Positions 47,082 to 55,627 of a DNA stretch of 64,000 nucleotides are shown here, piece after piece (position 1 is the first letter of the stretch; each line of letters starts with the position of its first letter). The stretch lies in assembly GCA_031551775.1 (NCBI GenBank), contig JAVBND010000006.1, positions 3,748 to 67,747 of the forward strand, given 5' to 3'. Under the pieces are notes generated by a model, which did not search any database, was not told the origin of the DNA, and saw nothing but the letters and a program-made list of their open reading frames with translations. The translations under genes and the position numbers were made by a program. This DNA comes from Eubacteriales bacterium (lineage in GTDB: Bacteria; Bacillota; Clostridia; Christensenellales; Aristaeellaceae).

Positions 47082-48095
47082 ATGAAGGTGTTGCTCACAG
47101 GGGGCGCGGGGTATATTGGGTCGCACACTTGTCTGGAATTGATCAAGGCAGGCCATGAAGTCGTCGTGGCGGACGACTATATCAACAGTTCGCCCGAAGC
47201 GGTGAAACGCGTTCGGCAACTCGCGGGCGTCAATTTTCCGGCCGCAGACGTCGATGTTTGCGATAAGGAAGCGCTCAAAGCGGTATTTGCCCGTCACGCC
47301 TTTGACGCGGTGATTCATTTTGCGGGGCTCAAGGCGGTCGGGGAATCGGTCGTAAAACCGCTTGAATACTATCGCAACAATTTGGATTCTACACTGACAT
47401 TGATCGAGACCATGCGCGAATACGGCGTGTTCCGGATCGTGTTTTCATCCTCGGCAACCGTCTACACCGTCAATGAATGTGAAGAGATGGTGGAAGACCT
47501 GCCGACCGGGTGCAACAACCCGTACGGTTGGACCAAGTTCATGATTGAGCAGATTTTGCGTGACGTGGCCAATGCCGACAATCGATGGGCGGTGGCTTTG
47601 CTTCGGTATTTCAATCCCGTGGGCGCGCACGAGAGCGGCATGATCGGGGAAGACCCGAACGGCACGCCGAACAACCTGATGCCGCGCGTCATGCAAAACG
47701 CGCTAGGCAAAATTGAAACGCTGGGCGTTTTTGGCGACGATTATCCAACCCGTGACGGAACGTGTGTACGGGATTACATCCACGTGGTGGACTTGGCCAA
47801 GGGGCATGTGGCGGCCCTTGATTATCTTGCCGCTTTCAAAGGCACGGAAGCGATCAACCTGGGCACCGGCGTGGGGTACAGCGTTTTTGAGATTCTGAAC
47901 ACCTTTGAAAAGGTCAACGGTGTGAAGCTGAACTATGCGGTTCAACCGAGGCGGCCGGGTGACGCTCCGGCTTGCTACGCCAACCCGGCGAAGGCGAAAA
48001 AGCTGCTCAATTGGCAAAGTGAAAAGACGCTTGAGGACATGTGCCGCGACGCTTGGCTTTGGCAGAGGAAAAACCCCAACGGGTACAGGGAATAA
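47082..48095 (+). CDS. galE: UDP-glucose 4-epimerase
   Basis: GGAGYIGSHT, HFAGLKAVGES, YGWTK, LRYFNP.GAH.SG.IGEDP, RDYIHV. Confidence 0.96.
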   Translation: MKVLLTGGAGYIGSHTCLELIKAGHEVVVADDYINSSPEAVKRVRQLAGVNFPAADVDVCDKEALKAVFARHAFDAVIHFAGLKAVGESVVKPLEYYRNNLDSTLTLIETMREYGVFRIVFSSSATVYTVNECEEMVEDLPTGCNNPYGWTKFMIEQILRDVANADNRWAVALLRYFNPVGAHESGMIGEDPNGTPNNLMPRVMQNALGKIETLGVFGDDYPTRDGTCVRDYIHVVDLAKGHVAALDYLAAFKGTEAINLGTGVGYSVFEILNTFEKVNGVKLNYAVQPRRPGDAPACYANPAKAKKLLNWQSEKTLEDMCRDAWLWQRKNPNGYRE

Positions 48096-48146
48096 AGTAC
48101 AGTTCAACAAGGTGAACTGCGCGTTGAGCGAGGATGGAGGAAAACC

Positions 48147-48506
48147 ATGGCCAGACCCAATTTTGACCCGTCAGATGTGAAGGAGAACCGTTTTAAAGGT
48201 GGACTCGGGTACTTGCTGATCCTGTTTTTTTTGCCGCTTATTCTGTGTCCAAGGTCGCGCTACGGACGGTATTGCGCAAACCAAGGGCTGATCGCGCTGA
48301 TTGTATTCGTGATCATCTCGGCGGCCTTTGGGATACTCAACGGCGTCCTCGGCTGGATATGGCTGGTGGGCTGGGCAGTGCGGCTGGTGGGGGACCTTGC
48401 CCAGGTGGGCATCGCGCTGATCGTGCTCTATTACGCCTACCTCGCGTGTGCGAAGGGCGACGCGCGCGAGCTGCCTGTGGTGGGTTCATATACTCTGATT
48501 AAGTAG
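48147..48506 (+). CDS. Small membrane protein (DUF4870-like)
   Basis: D..ENR...LGY, S.YGRYCANQGL, 3 TMs, ELPVVG. Confidence 0.7.
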   Translation: MARPNFDPSDVKENRFKGGLGYLLILFFLPLILCPRSRYGRYCANQGLIALIVFVIISAAFGILNGVLGWIWLVGWAVRLVGDLAQVGIALIVLYYAYLACAKGDARELPVVGSYTLIK

Positions 48507-48520
48507 GAGGCGCGGAACCG

Positions 48521-49573
48521 ATGAAGAAAAGCCGGGAGTTTGAACTGAGAAAGCGCGTTGGAGACCTGAATTCAATCTTCGGGATCAAGGACTATGTCTT
48601 TAACGATGGGCCGGCCAAGGGCACGCGGGCCTTTGACCTGAACAACGGCAACGGCATCCATATGACGGTGCTGGCCGACAGGGGACTTGATATCGCGTTC
48701 TTGGCGTACAAGGGCGTCAACATGGGGTTCGCTTCAAAATCCGGGCTGCACGGGCCGGCTTCTTATGTGGAAGACGGGGTGCGCGGCTTTCTCAAGCAGT
48801 TCAACGCGGGCCTTTTGACCACCTGCGGCATCACCTATGCGGGCGCGCCGTGCGAGGAAAACGGGCGTAAACTTGGGCTACACGGACCTTATTCCAATAC
48901 CGCCGCCGAACAGGCTTGCGCGCGTACGGTTTATGAGGGAGACGACTGTGTGCTCACCGTGACGGGCGGCGTGCGCGAAGTGTGCATGTTCGAAGAGAAC
49001 GTAAAGCTTGAGCGCGAAATGAAGCTTAAGACGGAGGAAAACGTCATCGAAGTAGTGGACCATGTTGAGAACCAGGGATTTGGCGAGCAACCGGTGATGC
49101 TGGTTTACCACATCAACTTTGGGTATCCCATGCTCGATGCGGGCGCGAAGGTTTACACCAACGCCAAGTGCGTGACGCCGCGCGACGAATGGGCGAGGAG
49201 CGGACCCGGGGTGTGGAGCGTGATGGACGAGCCGGAAATCGGGCGCAATGAACAGTGCTATTTCCACGAAGGGTTTGAAGGCGGGGAAGGCACCGCGATG
49301 ATTCACAACGAGAAATTGGGCATGGCGGCCATCGTGACCTTTGACGCCGGTGCTATGCCGCTGCTTTGCGAATGGAAATGCATGATGGCTGGCGACTATG
49401 CATTGGGCCTTGAACCGACCGTTGCGGGCGTGATGGGCCGCGTGTACGCGCGCGAACACGGCGCATTGCCTGCGCTTAAAGCAGGCGAAGCGAAGGATTA
49501 CCGCTTCGCCATTCGCTTTACCGATGACGCCGCGGAGATTGACGGGTATAAGAAACGGCTTGAGCGGGCATAG
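48521..49573 (+). CDS. Aldose 1-epimerase/galactose mutarotase-like protein (DUF4432)
   Basis: DRGLDI, GLLTTCG, LGLHG, YHINFGYP, YALGLEP. Confidence 0.85.
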   Translation: MKKSREFELRKRVGDLNSIFGIKDYVFNDGPAKGTRAFDLNNGNGIHMTVLADRGLDIAFLAYKGVNMGFASKSGLHGPASYVEDGVRGFLKQFNAGLLTTCGITYAGAPCEENGRKLGLHGPYSNTAAEQACARTVYEGDDCVLTVTGGVREVCMFEENVKLEREMKLKTEENVIEVVDHVENQGFGEQPVMLVYHINFGYPMLDAGAKVYTNAKCVTPRDEWARSGPGVWSVMDEPEIGRNEQCYFHEGFEGGEGTAMIHNEKLGMAAIVTFDAGAMPLLCEWKCMMAGDYALGLEPTVAGVMGRVYAREHGALPALKAGEAKDYRFAIRFTDDAAEIDGYKKRLERA

Positions 49574-49845
49574 CGCTTTTGTGACGGGGAAAATGTGCCG
49601 CGCAGGCGATTTGTTCGCATGCGCGGCATTTTGTGATTTTGCACAATTCGGCACCGCACATTGCCCAAAATATTGCGCCTGCTGCACCCAATGCCTCTAC
49701 TTGAACAATTGCTTGAATAGACAATGCTGAATAGTTCTCATAACGCGCGCTGATTTGCCCATCTTTTCTTTCGAAGCCCGCGCTTGTTTCGGGATGGAAG
49801 TATTGATAAACTTAGACTTGATGTATTGGAATGGAGGGACAAATC

Positions 49846-51618
49846 ATGCGAAAATCCTTTAAAATGGTCATGGCTTCCATGATCGCGATCCTGCTTGCGC
49901 TCGCGCCGGTGATCGGCGCAGGCGCGGCAACCTATACGCCGGGCGCGTATACATCGGCCGCCAAGGGGATGATGGGTGACGTGAAAGTGGAGGTCACCTT
50001 TACGGACAGCGCGATAGAATCGGTAGCGGTCGTCGAGCAAAACGAGACGCCCAGCATTGCCCAAGCCGCGCTTGACGTGCTGCCGGGTGCGATCGTGGAG
50101 TGGCAGACGCTGACGGTTGACGGCGTCGCGGGCGCGACCTTCACCAGCAACGCCATCATCGCCGCGGTGACTGACTGCGTCAAGCAGGCAGGCGGCGATG
50201 TCGATGCACTGATGGAAAAGATAGAGACGGATTCTCCGGTTGCCGAGCTTAAGAGCGAGACGCTTGAAGCCGATGTGGTTATCGTCGGCGCGGGCGGCGC
50301 GGGTCTGTCGGCGGCTGTCGCCGCGGGAGAAATGGGCGCGAAAGTAATTGTCGTGGAAAAGATGGCGGGCGTAGGCGGCACGACCGCGCTGTCCTCGGGT
50401 CTTGTACAGATCGCGGGCACCCAGCAGCAGGCGGACTATGGCATTACCGGCGACAGTTGGGAGATCTATGCCGAGGATATTTTCAAGCGCGGCAGCGAAA
50501 AGGGCAACAAGGAAATCATCGACCGCATTTGTTTTGAAGCAAACGACATGATGGATTGGCTGGCCGGTCACGGCATTGCCTGGGATGCGAAGCTTCAGGA
50601 GAAACACGGCGAAGACGTGACCTTCCTGCGCACGCATGCTCCGGTCGCACCCGAAGGATTTGCGGGCGGCGCGCTGGGCGCAGTATTTACCGATGCACTG
50701 GCGGAAGAATTGGAAAAGTATGATGGAACCATCCTGTTCAGCACCAAGGCCAACAAGGTCGTAAAGGAAGACGGCACGGTGACCGGCATTGTGGCGGTCA
50801 ACGAAGAAGCGGGCATTGAGTACACCATCCAGGCAAAGGCGGTTATTTTGGCCACCGGCGGCTTTGCGGCCAATTCCGAGATGGCAAACAAGTACCTGCC
50901 CACCTTCCCGGCAGACAACGGCGATTACCGCGCGTTCCCGGGCAGCTTGGGCGAGGGCGTGGTCATGGGCGAAGAAGCGGGCGCGGCGCTTGTTGACATG
51001 GATCAGATGAAGATCCTGATCTCAAGCACCGGCTTTACCGCCGCGATGAACAACGCCATCTACGCAAACCGGGAAGGCAAGCGGTTTGTGGCCGAGGACG
51101 CCAAGACCGAAGTGTTGGCCGACGCGCTGCTTGAGCAGACGGGCGATCAGTGCTACATGATCTACGACAGCCGTACCGTGGGCGATGAGACCGAAAAGGT
51201 CAAAGGCATGGTTGAGTCCGGCGATATGGTCATGGGAGAGACGGTCGATGCGCTGGCAGCGAACCTCGGCATGGACGCGGCGGCTCTTAACGAATCAATC
51301 AAGGCGTTCAATGCCGTTGTCAAGGGCGAGGCTCAGGATGAATATGGCCGCGTCAAGTTCGGCAACACCATTGAGGAAGGACCGTTTTACGCGACGGAGC
51401 GCCACACGCGCCTGCACTACACCATGGGCGGGCTCAAGATTGACAAAAACGCGCATGTGATCGATACCCAAGGCGCGGTCATTCCGGGCTTCTATGCGGC
51501 GGGCGAAGTCACGGGCGGCGTGCATGGCAGTTATCGCGTTGGCGCGAACGCGCTGAGCGAGATTCTGGTCATGGGCCGTGCGGCGGGCGCGAGCGCCGTA
51601 AGCGATTTGGGGAAATAA
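49846..51618 (+). CDS. Secreted flavin-dependent reductase: signal peptide, FMN-binding domain and FAD-binding flavocytochrome-c/fumarate-reductase-like domain
   Basis: Signal peptide (A-G-A), VDGVAGATFTS flavinylation-type motif, GAGGAG, VILATGGF, HYTMGG, YAAGEVTGGVHG..R.G.NAL. Confidence 0.88.
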   Translation: MRKSFKMVMASMIAILLALAPVIGAGAATYTPGAYTSAAKGMMGDVKVEVTFTDSAIESVAVVEQNETPSIAQAALDVLPGAIVEWQTLTVDGVAGATFTSNAIIAAVTDCVKQAGGDVDALMEKIETDSPVAELKSETLEADVVIVGAGGAGLSAAVAAGEMGAKVIVVEKMAGVGGTTALSSGLVQIAGTQQQADYGITGDSWEIYAEDIFKRGSEKGNKEIIDRICFEANDMMDWLAGHGIAWDAKLQEKHGEDVTFLRTHAPVAPEGFAGGALGAVFTDALAEELEKYDGTILFSTKANKVVKEDGTVTGIVAVNEEAGIEYTIQAKAVILATGGFAANSEMANKYLPTFPADNGDYRAFPGSLGEGVVMGEEAGAALVDMDQMKILISSTGFTAAMNNAIYANREGKRFVAEDAKTEVLADALLEQTGDQCYMIYDSRTVGDETEKVKGMVESGDMVMGETVDALAANLGMDAAALNESIKAFNAVVKGEAQDEYGRVKFGNTIEEGPFYATERHTRLHYTMGGLKIDKNAHVIDTQGAVIPGFYAAGEVTGGVHGSYRVGANALSEILVMGRAAGASAVSDLGK

Positions 51619-51633
51619 TCCCACGAACGACGG

Positions 51634-51668
51634 AGACCCGCCGCGTGCTTGAACCGCGGCGGGTTTTT
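51634..51668 (+). terminator. Intrinsic terminator
   Basis: ACCCGCCGCG / CGCGGCGGGT stem followed by a T run. Confidence 0.8.
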
Positions 51669-51777
51669 GGTTTTTTGAAAAAGCCATGGGTTTCTCATCG
51701 AATTCTCATTTCTTTACCATTTCTCGCCAAGGTAGGGATGATAAGATTACGACATCAGCTTATGAGGAGGGTTACGC

Positions 51778-52263
51778 ATGAGTGGGGACATTGGAGAGGA
51801 TCTCAAAAAAATGTTGCTGGCAGGCGTAGGCGCAATGGCTATGCTGGCGGAAAAGAGCGTGGAATGGGCGAACGAACTTACCGAAAAGGGCGCAAAGGCG
51901 TTGGAGGATGCGCAGCCGTTCTTCAAAGAGCTCGAGAAGAAGGGCGACGAAGTGCTCAAACAGGGCAAGGTGTTGAGCGAGGAAATGAGGGACAAGATCA
52001 AGGAAACGCTCGAAGTAGCGCGCCGCGAAAGCGAACAGATGGATCTTGCCGAAGTGAAAGAATCGCTAGACGGGTTGAGCGACGACGCGCTTGGGGCGCT
52101 CGAAGCGTATCTGAGAACACTCAAGGAAGCGCGCGCGCGGGAAGCCGAAGCGGACGGAGACGACAGCCCGGACGACGGAGCGCGGGGTACGGCTCATGCC
52201 CAGGGGGATGCCGCATCATCGTCCGATGCGCCGCGAGATGAAATGACGGGCGAGGAAAGCTGA
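51778..52263 (+). CDS. Phasin-like (granule-associated, COG3937-type) coiled-coil protein
   Basis: LKKMLLAGVGAMAMLAEKS...ELTEKG N-terminal pattern; acidic disordered tail. Confidence 0.6.
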   Translation: MSGDIGEDLKKMLLAGVGAMAMLAEKSVEWANELTEKGAKALEDAQPFFKELEKKGDEVLKQGKVLSEEMRDKIKETLEVARRESEQMDLAEVKESLDGLSDDALGALEAYLRTLKEARAREAEADGDDSPDDGARGTAHAQGDAASSSDAPRDEMTGEES

Positions 52264-52284
52264 CGGTATTTTATGGAATTTCTC

Positions 52285-52317
52285 GTAAACTCCCCGGAAA
52301 TGCGGGGAGTTTGCTTT
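52285..52317 (+). terminator. Terminator after the phasin-like gene
   Basis: GTAAACTCCCCG / CGGGGAGTTTGC stem followed by TTT. Confidence 0.65.
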
Positions 52318-52372
52318 CGGGATGGGCATCGCTTATATTGGATTTTTTTCTCGGATATGGTATAATCGCACC

Positions 52373-53290
52373 ATGTTTTATGAGCCGGATAAACCAAGGA
52401 AGAAACGGCGTTCGGGTTGCCTGACGCGCGCCGTCAAGTTGGTCATGCTGCTTGCCGCGGCATGGCTTGTGGTTGTCGTATTGACCAGCGGAGCGATCCC
52501 CGATTTGATCGATACGCTGACCGGGCGTTCCGGGGGGCTGCCGGGGGGATGGACGCACATCTTGCTCCTGGGGAAGGATCAATCAAACGAAGGCGCAAGC
52601 CGAACCGACAGCATGATGATCGCATCGGTTTCAAGCGGCGGAGCGGTCAAGCTGACCTCTCTTATGCGTGACATGTTGGTAAATATTGAAGGGCATGGCA
52701 GGCAAAAGCTCAATGCGGCATACGCCCACGGCGGCGCGGAGCTGGCAATGAAGACGGTCAATCAAGCGTTGGGGCTCAATATTTCGCGCTATGCGGTGCT
52801 GGACTTTCAGGGGTTCGCGGGCCTCGTTGACGCGGTGGGCGGCGTCGAGGTCAGCGTCACAAAGCAAGAGATGCAGGCCATCAACAAGAAAAAGGGGCAC
52901 AAGCTCGGCGGGTACGGCGAGGATATGTTGCTTGACGGCGTGCAAGCGCTCAGGTATTCGCGCATACGCAAGATTGATTCGGACTATATGCGTGCCAGCC
53001 GCCAAAGGAAGGTGCTTGACGCGCTGGTGAAAAAGGCGCGCGCCATCAAGAACCCCATTGCGATTGTTTCTCTCGCCAACGCGGCGCTCCAAGAAATCAG
53101 GACCAACGTCAACGGGTTTGAATTGGTTGCGCTGGGCATGAAAACCATGATGAATGGCGCGGGCATCGCGCAGTTCAGGATTCCGGCGGAAGGCACCTAT
53201 GAAAGCGGAATGCAGGATGGCGTTTGGTCGATCCGCGCGGACCTTGAGAAAAACAAAACGTTGTTCAGAACGTTCGTCTACGGGCAATAG
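52373..53290 (+). CDS. LytR-CpsA-Psr (LCP) family cell-wall glycopolymer transferase
   Basis: N-terminal TM, ILLLGKD, RTDSMMI, SLMRD, KLNAAY, ALRYSRIR..DSD..R..RQR. Promoter TTGGAT-17-TATAAT at 52338-52366. Confidence 0.93.
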   Translation: MFYEPDKPRKKRRSGCLTRAVKLVMLLAAAWLVVVVLTSGAIPDLIDTLTGRSGGLPGGWTHILLLGKDQSNEGASRTDSMMIASVSSGGAVKLTSLMRDMLVNIEGHGRQKLNAAYAHGGAELAMKTVNQALGLNISRYAVLDFQGFAGLVDAVGGVEVSVTKQEMQAINKKKGHKLGGYGEDMLLDGVQALRYSRIRKIDSDYMRASRQRKVLDALVKKARAIKNPIAIVSLANAALQEIRTNVNGFELVALGMKTMMNGAGIAQFRIPAEGTYESGMQDGVWSIRADLEKNKTLFRTFVYGQ

Positions 53291-53315
53291 GTTAAAAAAC
53301 CATCGATAAGGCATG

Positions 53316-53344
53316 GGCCGTCTCTTTCGGGAGACGGTTTTTTT
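53316..53344 (+). terminator. Intrinsic terminator of the LCP gene, insulating the downstream virion module
   Basis: CCGTCTC-tttcgg-GAGACGG followed by T7. Confidence 0.85.
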
Positions 53345-53345
53345 A

Positions 53346-53362
53346 TTGTCGCGCTTTGTCGC
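53346..53362 (+). promoter_or_regulatory. Tandem TTGTCGC direct repeats with a 10-bp period, Spo0A-box-like
   Basis: TTGTCGCgctTTGTCGCa; 2 and 1 mismatches to TGTCGAA. Confidence 0.35.
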
Positions 53363-53408
53363 ATTTGCGTATCTACCATCCAAAACAGCCGAAAAACGCG
53401 AAAGGACG

Positions 53409-55007
53409 ATGAAAATGAAAGCTTTTTTGTCCCAAGACGAAGCGTTCGTAAAGGAAGCTTACGGATTGTTTGAGGAATTCAGGCGCGCGACGCAGGGGTA
53501 TCGCGACAAGTGCCGCGACAATGAGCAGTTCTGGCGCACCAACCACTGGCATGGGACACCCCAGAGGGAGAAGAACGAACCGCAGCCGGTGACCCCCGCG
53601 ATGTTCTCAACGCTAGAGGCGGTGCTGGCCGACCTGATGGATCATTTTCCGGACGCGGTGCTGCTGGGCGAGGAACCGCGCGACGACCAGACTGCCGAAT
53701 GTTTGACGCAATTGGTCCGGTTTATTCTGAAGAGGCGCGGATATCGAAAGATATATCGCACAAAGTGCCGCAGCGCCCTGATGAAGGGTACGTCGGTCGA
53801 GGAGGTCTACTGGGACGACACGCTGCTTGGAGGGCTGGGCGATGTGGCGGTGCGCGAGTGGGACATCGAGCATTTCTATTGGGACCCCAAGTTCGAGCGC
53901 ATGCAGGACGGGCGCGCGGCGTTCAAGACAGGGTACTATCCGCGCGTCTGGTATGAAACATGGTACCCGGACCTCGCGCCGTTCATGAAGCGGGATTTTG
54001 CCGCGGACCGAGGTGAATTGCCTTACGTGACGGACGATCCGGCCGATGACATCATGATGATCGAGTACTGGTTCAGGGAATACGACAGGGAGACGGGCGA
54101 GACGCGCGTTCACATGGCCAAGCTCGCGGGCGGGGTGCTGCTTGAGGACAGCCGGAGGGAACGTCCGGAGGGCATGTACGCGCACGGACAGTACCCGTTC
54201 ATCGTGGAGCCGCTCTATCCGCTGAGCGGGCAGCCGGTAGGACTCGGCTTGATCGACGTGCTCAAGAATTTGCAGGTTTACGCCGACACACTTGACCAAA
54301 TCATCCTGAAAAACGCGCTGATGAGCGGGAAGATGAAACTCTTGGTCAACCGTGCCGCCGACATCGACGAGGATTCGCTGATCGACATGAACGCCGAAGT
54401 GGTCCGGGCAAGCCGCATTGACGAGAGTGCGGTGCGCTGGATGCAGGCGCAACCGCTGGGCGGATACCTGCTCTCCTACCAGCAGACCAAGCTCGCGGCG
54501 ATCAAGGAAGAGAGCGGTCAGAACCTGTTCAACCGAGGTGAATCGGGCGGCGGGATTACGGCGGCCAGCGCGATCATGGCGCTGCAGGAAGCGGGCAGCA
54601 AGCGCAGCCGCGTGTTGATTGACCAACTGTTCGACGGATACGAGCAGATGGTCAGGATGATGGTTTCGGTGATCCAGGAGAACTACACGGAAGAGCGGGT
54701 GTTCCGCATCCACGGTGAAGGTGCGGATGCGCAATTGGCCTATGGCGGGGACAACCGCGAGATTGACTTTGACGTGAGCATTGAGGTGCAGAAGCAAACG
54801 CCGTACTCCAAGCTATACCAGAACGAACTGGCCATGCAGCTCCTGGGCGCGGGTGTGATCCGGGCCAGTGACGCGCTTGAAATGATGAGCTTTGAGGGAC
54901 GCGAGCGATTGCTGGTCAAGGTGATTGAGCGGGAGGAAAGGGAAGAAGCCGAGCGGGCTATGACCCAAACAAACGATAACCGGGGCGCGCAAGTGCCCTT
55001 GTTATAA
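53409..55007 (+). CDS. Phage portal protein (podovirus/P22-like)
   Basis: ~532 aa; W...HW, FYWDP, HGQYPF...P.YP....P.G.G, G...ASAI.ALQEAGSKR, FDVSIE pattern typical of this portal group; first gene of the head module. Confidence 0.8.
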   Translation: MKMKAFLSQDEAFVKEAYGLFEEFRRATQGYRDKCRDNEQFWRTNHWHGTPQREKNEPQPVTPAMFSTLEAVLADLMDHFPDAVLLGEEPRDDQTAECLTQLVRFILKRRGYRKIYRTKCRSALMKGTSVEEVYWDDTLLGGLGDVAVREWDIEHFYWDPKFERMQDGRAAFKTGYYPRVWYETWYPDLAPFMKRDFAADRGELPYVTDDPADDIMMIEYWFREYDRETGETRVHMAKLAGGVLLEDSRRERPEGMYAHGQYPFIVEPLYPLSGQPVGLGLIDVLKNLQVYADTLDQIILKNALMSGKMKLLVNRAADIDEDSLIDMNAEVVRASRIDESAVRWMQAQPLGGYLLSYQQTKLAAIKEESGQNLFNRGESGGGITAASAIMALQEAGSKRSRVLIDQLFDGYEQMVRMMVSVIQENYTEERVFRIHGEGADAQLAYGGDNREIDFDVSIEVQKQTPYSKLYQNELAMQLLGAGVIRASDALEMMSFEGRERLLVKVIEREEREEAERAMTQTNDNRGAQVPLL

Positions 55008-55027
55008 AACCGTAAGGAGGGAAGAAG

Positions 55028-55606
55028 ATGAACAACTTGGACCAGAACAGAGACCCGGAAGAAGTGATGGAGGAAGTCGCCGAAAACATTCGTCCGGATG
55101 CGGACGCGGGTGCGTTGCGTGAGGGAGAAGGCGGGGCGACGATCACCCAGGCGGAGATGGACGCGGTAATCGACGAGCTGATCGCAATCGCTTCGCGCAT
55201 GGCGGTGGAACGCTCGGCAAGCATGAGCGGCGTAAACCCCGGCGAGAGTGAGGAGCGGCAGCTGGCTTTCGCGAAGAGTCTCCTTGAGCAGGAGGACGCG
55301 ATTCGTCAGACCAGGCCGGACTTTGACCTCGAGCGGATGCTGCGCGAAGAAGGCGCGTTTCGCGCGCTGGTGCTTGCGGGCGAACCGGTTGAGCGGGCGC
55401 TTCAGTACATTGAGCCGGGCGAGGGCGCAAAACGCGCCGAACAGGAGGTGCTTGAGCGCATCCGCCGCCGCGCGACACGGCCCCAGGCGATGGGCAGCGT
55501 GAACCGCCCGGGCGAGGTATCGGCACAGGAGCGCCTGAACGATGACGAGATTTCCCGCATCGACGCGCAACTCAAGCGCGGGCACAAGGTTTACCTCAAC
55601 TACTAA
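55028..55606 (+). CDS. Probable capsid scaffolding protein
   Basis: Acidic, helical protein between portal and capsid; PDFDL and C-terminal R..RP / EI..ID..LKRG pattern. Confidence 0.6.
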   Translation: MNNLDQNRDPEEVMEEVAENIRPDADAGALREGEGGATITQAEMDAVIDELIAIASRMAVERSASMSGVNPGESEERQLAFAKSLLEQEDAIRQTRPDFDLERMLREEGAFRALVLAGEPVERALQYIEPGEGAKRAEQEVLERIRRRATRPQAMGSVNRPGEVSAQERLNDDEISRIDAQLKRGHKVYLNY

Positions 55607-55627
55607 TACGAACGGGAGGACAAACAC

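Noticed and set aside
52373-53290. LCP gene as part of the virion module
   Set aside because: It has its own sigmaA promoter and a strong terminator before the portal gene, and is an ordinary cell-wall enzyme
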